The translations under genes were made by a program, and so were the position numbers. A stretch of 14,363 nt of DNA from Planctomycetota bacterium (GTDB lineage: Bacteria > Planctomycetota > UBA11346): the NCBI GenBank assembly GCA_038213805.1, contig JBBQSO010000114.1, forward strand, positions 1 through 14,363. Reading direction: 5' to 3'. Shown here in pieces: positions 7,543 through 14,363 of this stretch; within the stretch, counting starts at the first letter, position 1; each line of letters starts with the position of its first letter. A model generated the notes under the pieces. The model was not told the DNA's origin. It did not search any database and worked only from the letters and a program-made list of their open reading frames with translations.

Positions 7543-8892
7543 TCATGTACCACGCAGCTTGCCGAGACGATCGGCGACATCCTTATATCCCAGGTCGATT
7601 TCGACCAGGCGGGAGTACTCGGCCATCGCTTCGTCTCGTTTGCCGAGGTCTTCGAGCTGCCGCCCCAGAAGGTAGCGGACCTCTTTGGCCTCGTCGGACA
7701 GGTGGTCATCAACCAGTGAGAGGAACGACTTATACTGTTGAACCGCAAGATCAAGCAGATTCTTCTTCGAAAAACAATATCCCAGGTAGCGGTGCGAGTT
7801 GCGGCGATAGCGCGGATCGCCCACGGTACGCTGGAATTCCGCGGCCGCGCCCTCGATGTTGCCGCCCTGGAGCAGGCGCACGCCAAGGTTGTACTTGTGG
7901 GTCATCTCGGTGGGCTGGCGCTCGGCGCGCTTGCGGTACTCGGCGATCTCGACGACGAGCAGGGCCTTCTTGGCCTCGACCTCGACTTCGCCCTGGCCGG
8001 CGGCGGCCGCCACCTTGGCCTTGGCGTCCTCGATCGAGATGTCGCCGAGCTTCATGGTGATGCCGAAGTCGTACTGGTCGAGCTCCTGGGCCTTCACAAA
8101 GGCGGCGCGCGACTCGGCGAGCTGGTTGATGCGGCGATGGGTGTCGCCCTTCTTCACCCACAGGGCCTTGTCGGTGGCGTTGGCCTTGAGGTCCTCATCG
8201 ACGTACTTCAGCACCTCGAGGGCGTCCTCGACGGTGCGGATGATGCGGCTCATGACCTCGGCGCGGTGCGACTTGTCGCCACTGGAGAGCTGCGAGCGGT
8301 AGTCGCCGCCGGTGCCGGCGGTGTTACGCTTCTCCATCGAGCGCCGCGCTTCCCAGTTCTTGATGGTGCGACTGGCTTCGGCGTGATTGGGCATGGCGCG
8401 CTCGAGCTCGCCCATGGTCTTGATCGCCTTGTCGAGGAAGGCTTGGTCCTTGGCGACGTTGAACTTGTCGAAGTAGAGGTTGGAGAGATTCCACAGCACC
8501 TCGGCGTTGAACAGGCCGGAGGCCTTCATCTCTTCATAGAGGAAGATGGCGACGTCAAGCATGGTCTTGATGCCGGACTTGTAGACCTTCTGGGCGGCGT
8601 CACCGGCGCTGGCGATGGTCTTCGCGTCGGGGTTGGTGGCGACACGCTTCATCGCCCCGATGAGCTGCTTATGCGGGTCCTTCGACATCACCGGCATGCT
8701 CATCGAGCCGAGCAGGCTCTTCTTGTCGCTCTCCTTGGCCTTGCGCTTGGACGCGTCGAGGTGGAGCTTGTAAACCTCAAGGTTGGCAGGGTCGACATCC
8801 AGGCACTGCTCGCAGGTTTCGAGCGCCAGCGCCCAGTTGCGGCGCTCGATGGCTTGCTTCGCCCGGGCCAGGTGCTTGCTCAGATCGACCAT
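7543..8892 (-). CDS. Tetratricopeptide-repeat protein, function unknown
   Basis: TPR-like helices such as ALWVKKGDTHRRINQLAESRAAFVKA, YNLGVRLLQGGNIEGAAAEFQ and YLLGRQLEDLGKRDEAMAEY...IDLGYKDV. Start placed at ATG 8892 (MVDLSKHL), where typical codon usage begins. Confidence 0.85.
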   Translation of the reverse strand: MVDLSKHLARAKQAIERRNWALALETCEQCLDVDPANLEVYKLHLDASKRKAKESDKKSLLGSMSMPVMSKDPHKQLIGAMKRVATNPDAKTIASAGDAAQKVYKSGIKTMLDVAIFLYEEMKASGLFNAEVLWNLSNLYFDKFNVAKDQAFLDKAIKTMGELERAMPNHAEASRTIKNWEARRSMEKRNTAGTGGDYRSQLSSGDKSHRAEVMSRIIRTVEDALEVLKYVDEDLKANATDKALWVKKGDTHRRINQLAESRAAFVKAQELDQYDFGITMKLGDISIEDAKAKVAAAAGQGEVEVEAKKALLVVEIAEYRKRAERQPTEMTHKYNLGVRLLQGGNIEGAAAEFQRTVGDPRYRRNSHRYLGYCFSKKNLLDLAVQQYKSFLSLVDDHLSDEAKEVRYLLGRQLEDLGKRDEAMAEYSRLVEIDLGYKDVADRLGKLRGT

Positions 8893-9037
8893 GGTGAAGG
8901 TTCCGGAGAAGGAGGTTGGATCAGCGACATTTGCCGTGAAACCGCGTCGAAAAGACTCGAAGGCTATTGCGGCTGTGTCGGGCCAGCTTAGAGTGGTCTT
9001 CAGCTTCTCAAGCCCGTACCACGCCAACGACACCTGT

Positions 9038-9625
9038 ATGACGAGCAGCGCATCACCTACCTACCCGACCAGCCCTGCGCTGGTGAAGTACCCCCACCCG
9101 GTGCTGCGCAAGCGCGCGGAGGAGGTCGCAGTCTTCGATGACGCCTTGCGGCACTTCTGCGCGGCGATGTTCCAGGTGATGGAGGACAGCAAGGGCGTCG
9201 GCCTGGCCGCCCCGCAGGTGGCGGTGTCCAAGCGCATCTTCATCACCGACCACGCCCGCCGCGAGGAAGGCCAGAGCGACCGCCGCGTGTGGATCAACCC
9301 GCGCATCGAGAAGGCCACGGGGGTGACCACCTACGAGGAGGGCTGTCTGAGCTTCCCGGCGATCTACGCGAAGGTCGAGCGCCACAACCGCTTCGACTTC
9401 GTCTGGGCTGACGAGTGGGGCGTCGAGCACCGCATCACCCTGGATGTCGAAAGCGGCGACTTCCTGGGCATCGTCGTCCAGCACGAGCTCGACCACCTCG
9501 ACGGCAAGGTCTTCGTCGACCACCTCACCGATGCTCAGCTCGGCCTGATCCGCAAGCGGCTCAAGGAACTGGAGACGGCGTACAAGAAGGCCACCGGCAA
9601 GTCGGGCGCGGTGTTGCGGCGATGA
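9038..9625 (+). CDS. def: Peptide deformylase
   Basis: All three motifs present: GVGLAAPQ, EEGCLS and QHELDH. Start placed at ATG 9038, ahead of YPHPVLR. Confidence 0.96.
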   Translation: MTSSASPTYPTSPALVKYPHPVLRKRAEEVAVFDDALRHFCAAMFQVMEDSKGVGLAAPQVAVSKRIFITDHARREEGQSDRRVWINPRIEKATGVTTYEEGCLSFPAIYAKVERHNRFDFVWADEWGVEHRITLDVESGDFLGIVVQHELDHLDGKVFVDHLTDAQLGLIRKRLKELETAYKKATGKSGAVLRR

Positions 9626-9638
9626 CGAGGGACACCCC

Positions 9639-10616
9639 ATGACCGTCGAAGCGGAGGCGCAGACGCGCACACCCGTACCGGCTGATCGGGATCGGCTGGC
9701 GGAACTGGGCCAATTGGCCAGTGGCCTGGTGCACGAGCTCAAGAATCCGATCGGCGTGGTGCTGCTCAATGCCGAGCTGCTGCTCGGCCAGCTGCCCGCG
9801 GGCATGACCGCAGCCGAGCGCGAGCGCGTCGAGAAGCGCGTGCGCCGCATCCAGGACAGCGCGCGCAGCCTGCAGTCGATCGTGTCGTCGTTCCTCAGTT
9901 TCGCGCGGCCAGGTCGGCCGGATCCGGATGCGGTCGACGTCAACCGCCTGCTGCGGACGCTGCTCGACGAGCAGGCCGACCTGCTCGAGCAGGCCGGCAT
10001 CGTGGTGAACCTGCACCCGGACGAGTCGCTCGCGCTGCTGCCGGCCGATGTCCACCACCTGCGTTCGATTTTCCTCAACATCATCACCAACGCGCGCGAA
10101 GCGTTGCTGGCGCGCACCGGCGAGCGCCGCCTGCTGGTGATCACGCGCAGCGCCAGCGGACTGGTGCGCGTGGTCATCGCCAACAACGGCCCGCCGCTCG
10201 CGGAGCGCGTCGCCGCGCACCTTTTCGAGCCGTTCACCAGCGACAAGGAGGACGGCACCGGCCTGGGGTTGGCGATCGTGCGCCGCCTGGTCGAGCTGCA
10301 CCATGGCACCGTCACGGCCAGTTCCGACCCCGACCAGGGTGTGAGCTTCAGCTTCGAATTCCCCACCCCGCTCGGCCCGGCGCAAGCGCGCACCGAACTG
10401 CCGATGCCGGCAGTCGAAGCGCAGGTGCGCGAGGAGACCACGGCGATCCACCGCCGGACGACAGGCGCGGAGTACGGAGTGCGGAGCGCGGAGTGCGACA
10501 GCCAGCCGCGCGCGGGAGCCGGTCCTGCGAAAGCAGTGAAGGCGACTGGGAAAGCACGACGTTCCAAGGGCACAGGCACTCCGCACTCCGCACCCCGCGC
10601 TCCGCAGCAAGACTGA
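9639..10616 (+). CDS. NtrB-like histidine kinase (HisKA + HATPase) with no recognisable sensor domain
   Basis: H-box LASGLVHELKNP at about residue 31, N-box IFLNIITNAREA, G1 variant IANNGPP, F-box LFEPFTS and G2 GTGLGL. Confidence 0.9.
   Translation: MTVEAEAQTRTPVPADRDRLAELGQLASGLVHELKNPIGVVLLNAELLLGQLPAGMTAAERERVEKRVRRIQDSARSLQSIVSSFLSFARPGRPDPDAVDVNRLLRTLLDEQADLLEQAGIVVNLHPDESLALLPADVHHLRSIFLNIITNAREALLARTGERRLLVITRSASGLVRVVIANNGPPLAERVAAHLFEPFTSDKEDGTGLGLAIVRRLVELHHGTVTASSDPDQGVSFSFEFPTPLGPAQARTELPMPAVEAQVREETTAIHRRTTGAEYGVRSAECDSQPRAGAGPAKAVKATGKARRSKGTGTPHSAPRAPQQD
10467..10605. repeat. Inverted heptamer arrays (GCGGAGT)x4 ... (ACTCCGC)x4 inside the kinase 3' end
   Basis: 10467-10496 matches the reverse complement of 10576-10605 at 26/30 positions. 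Confidence 0.85.
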
Positions 10617-10645
10617 CCTTCCCGCCCTCCGACTTACCGGAAACC

Positions 10646-12064
<1,419 letters not shown>

Positions 12065-12082
12065 GGCGGCCGGGCGGGACGG

Positions 12083-12226
12083 GTCCGGACGTCCGGAAGT
12101 CCGGAAGTCCGGAAGTCTCGCTGGATTCGCACGTGCAGCGGTCCCGCGCAGCCTTCTCTCCACGCTCGCACGACGCGATTCTCCTGCCTCCGACTTCCGG
12201 ACTTCCGGACTTCCGGACTTCCGGAC
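12083..12226. repeat. Inverted octamer arrays (GTCCGGAA)x4 ... (TTCCGGAC)x4
   Basis: 12083-12117 matches the reverse complement of 12192-12226 at 34/35 positions, with a 74-nt spacer. Confidence 0.93.
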
Positions 12227-12254
12227 TGATCACCGGCGGCCCGCAGGGCCAGCC

Positions 12255-13082
12255 GTGATCTTGTTGGTCAATGACGACGGCATCGCGGCGCCGGGACTGC
12301 GCGCGCTGTACCGCGCGCTGCGCCGGGTGACCGGGATGCCGGTGCTGGCGGTGGCGCCGCTCACCGAGCGCAGCGGGCAGGGGCATGCGATCACGCTCGA
12401 CCGCGGGCTGACGGTGGCACATCGTTTGGAGGAGGGCTTCTTCGGCTTCTCGGTCGACGGCACGCCGGTCGACTGCGCCAAGCTCGCGCTGGTGGCGCTG
12501 TGCCCGGAGCCGCCCGATCTGGTGGTGAGCGGCATCAACGACGGTCCGAACGTGGGGCGCAGCCTGTTCTACAGCGGCACGGTCGGCGCCGCGATGGAGG
12601 CGGCGGTGCTTGGCCTGCCGGCGCTGGCGGTGTCGCGGGCCAAGGGCGGTGAGAGTTTCGACGACGCCGCGGAGTTCGCCGCGCAGTGGGCCAAGCGCCT
12701 GCTCGGCAAGGCCGACCTGCGCGGCCAGGTGGTGAACCTCAACGTCCCCGCCGGGCCGCTTGGCACCTGGAAGGAGGCGCGCGTCACCCATCATGGCCAG
12801 GCCGGCTTCACCGAGACCTACCAGCCGCAGCGCGACGCCAAGGACCGGGTGGTGTGGCGCCTGCACGGCGAGTGGACCGCCACCGACGGCGGCCCCTGTG
12901 ACGCGCACACCCTGCACGCCGGCCACCCGGTGGTGACGGTGCTGTCGCCCGACCTTAACGGCACGCACCAGGGGCTGGAGCGGCTGGTGCGGAAGCTCGC
13001 GCGGCCCTCCGGGCCGCCCGGTCCGGAAGTCCGGAAATCCGGAAGTCCGGTGGTCCAGCGGACTCGGAAGCTTCCTGGATGA
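12255..13082 (+). CDS. surE: 5'/3'-nucleotidase SurE
   Basis: ILLVNDDGIAAPG, VAP..ERSG.GHAIT, GTPVDC, DLVVSGINDGPNVG, YSGTVGAAMEA and NLNVP motifs. Confidence 0.95.
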   Translation: MILLVNDDGIAAPGLRALYRALRRVTGMPVLAVAPLTERSGQGHAITLDRGLTVAHRLEEGFFGFSVDGTPVDCAKLALVALCPEPPDLVVSGINDGPNVGRSLFYSGTVGAAMEAAVLGLPALAVSRAKGGESFDDAAEFAAQWAKRLLGKADLRGQVVNLNVPAGPLGTWKEARVTHHGQAGFTETYQPQRDAKDRVVWRLHGEWTATDGGPCDAHTLHAGHPVVTVLSPDLNGTHQGLERLVRKLARPSGPPGPEVRKSGSPVVQRTRKLPG

Positions 13083-13179
13083 TGCGCTAGCCGCTCCTGC
13101 GCCCGCGCGCCACGCTGCGACCTGCCCCCGACTTCCGGACTTCCGGACCCCAACAGAGGACTTCCGGACTTCCGGACCC
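13021..13179. repeat. Second inverted octamer element (GTCCGGAA)x3.7 ... (TTCCGGAC)x2 + x2
   Basis: Left arm 13021-13050. The right arm is split into two copies of GACTTCCGGACTTCCGGACCC (13130-13150 and 13159-13179). Confidence 0.9.
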
Positions 13180-13196
13180 AGCGTAAGCTCCCGACC

Positions 13197-14027
<831 letters not shown>

Positions 14028-14061
14028 AGCGCGCGTCCCGGCCGGCCGCCGGGAAGGCGAA

Positions 14062-14244
14062 TCACGTAATGCCGAAGTCGTAGCCATCGCACCCGACGGT
14101 GTACCAGCAGAAATCGTGGTCGGCCGTGCCGTCGAGGTAGAGATCCCATTGGTGCCCCCACTCGTCCGTCACCGGATCCAGCAGCCAGAACTCAACGATG
14201 ATCGAACCATTCATGTCGAGCTCGTATCCGTCCGAAGTAGCCCA
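14062..14244 (-). pseudogene. Possible small ORF or 3' remnant of an interrupted gene
   Basis: Manual translation gives WATSDGYELDMNGSIIVEFWLLDPVTDEWGHQWDLYLDGTADHDFCWYTVGCDGYDFGIT*. It is bounded upstream by an in-frame TAG (14245-14247); an ATG at 14214 would give 50 aa. Confidence 0.3.
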
Positions 14245-14363
14245 CTAGCCGAGAATTGATTGGAGGCATGATGCTGGATCCGAGGACCTGCCATGCCCGC
14301 ACATCAAATCCCACCGTCATCGACACCATCCGGCCGCGCACGTCGTGGCGAATCCTCGGGCCG

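Noticed and set aside
9006..9020. Possible sigma-54 promoter TGGTACGGGCTTGAG (minus strand) in the TPR/def gap
   Set aside because: It lacks the GC at -12 required by the GG-N10-GC spacing.
14262..14363. Plus-strand gene start after GGAGG (ATG 14268/14271 or 14293)
   Set aside because: It is too short at the window edge and the peptides are uninformative, so it cannot be supported.

Overview
High-GC bacterial chromosomal window, probably from the PVC group or Planctomycetota (inferred from the protein sequences only). Gene content is mostly housekeeping. In order: the 5' end of a probable purL (-), phosphomannomutase and a MOSC protein (+), pirin and prfA (-), a TPR-rpsT-rpsF-ssb-rpsR-rplI-rpmE2 cluster (-), and a divergent cluster of def, histidine kinase, NtrC-type sigma-54 regulator, surE and an MlaF-like ATPase (+). 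I found no transposase, CRISPR array, rRNA or tRNA. The unexplained signal is in the non-coding DNA. Five gene junctions carry elements of about 140-195 bp built from short tandem repeats (7- or 8-mers of several sequence families). The repeats form inverted arms around a unique spacer, always in the same polarity, and two elements have been absorbed into protein C-termini. There is also a 14-unit in-register heptamer array whose unit sequence changes stepwise, and a 192-bp nested REP/REPIN-like palindrome. All alignments were done by eye and no database searches were run.
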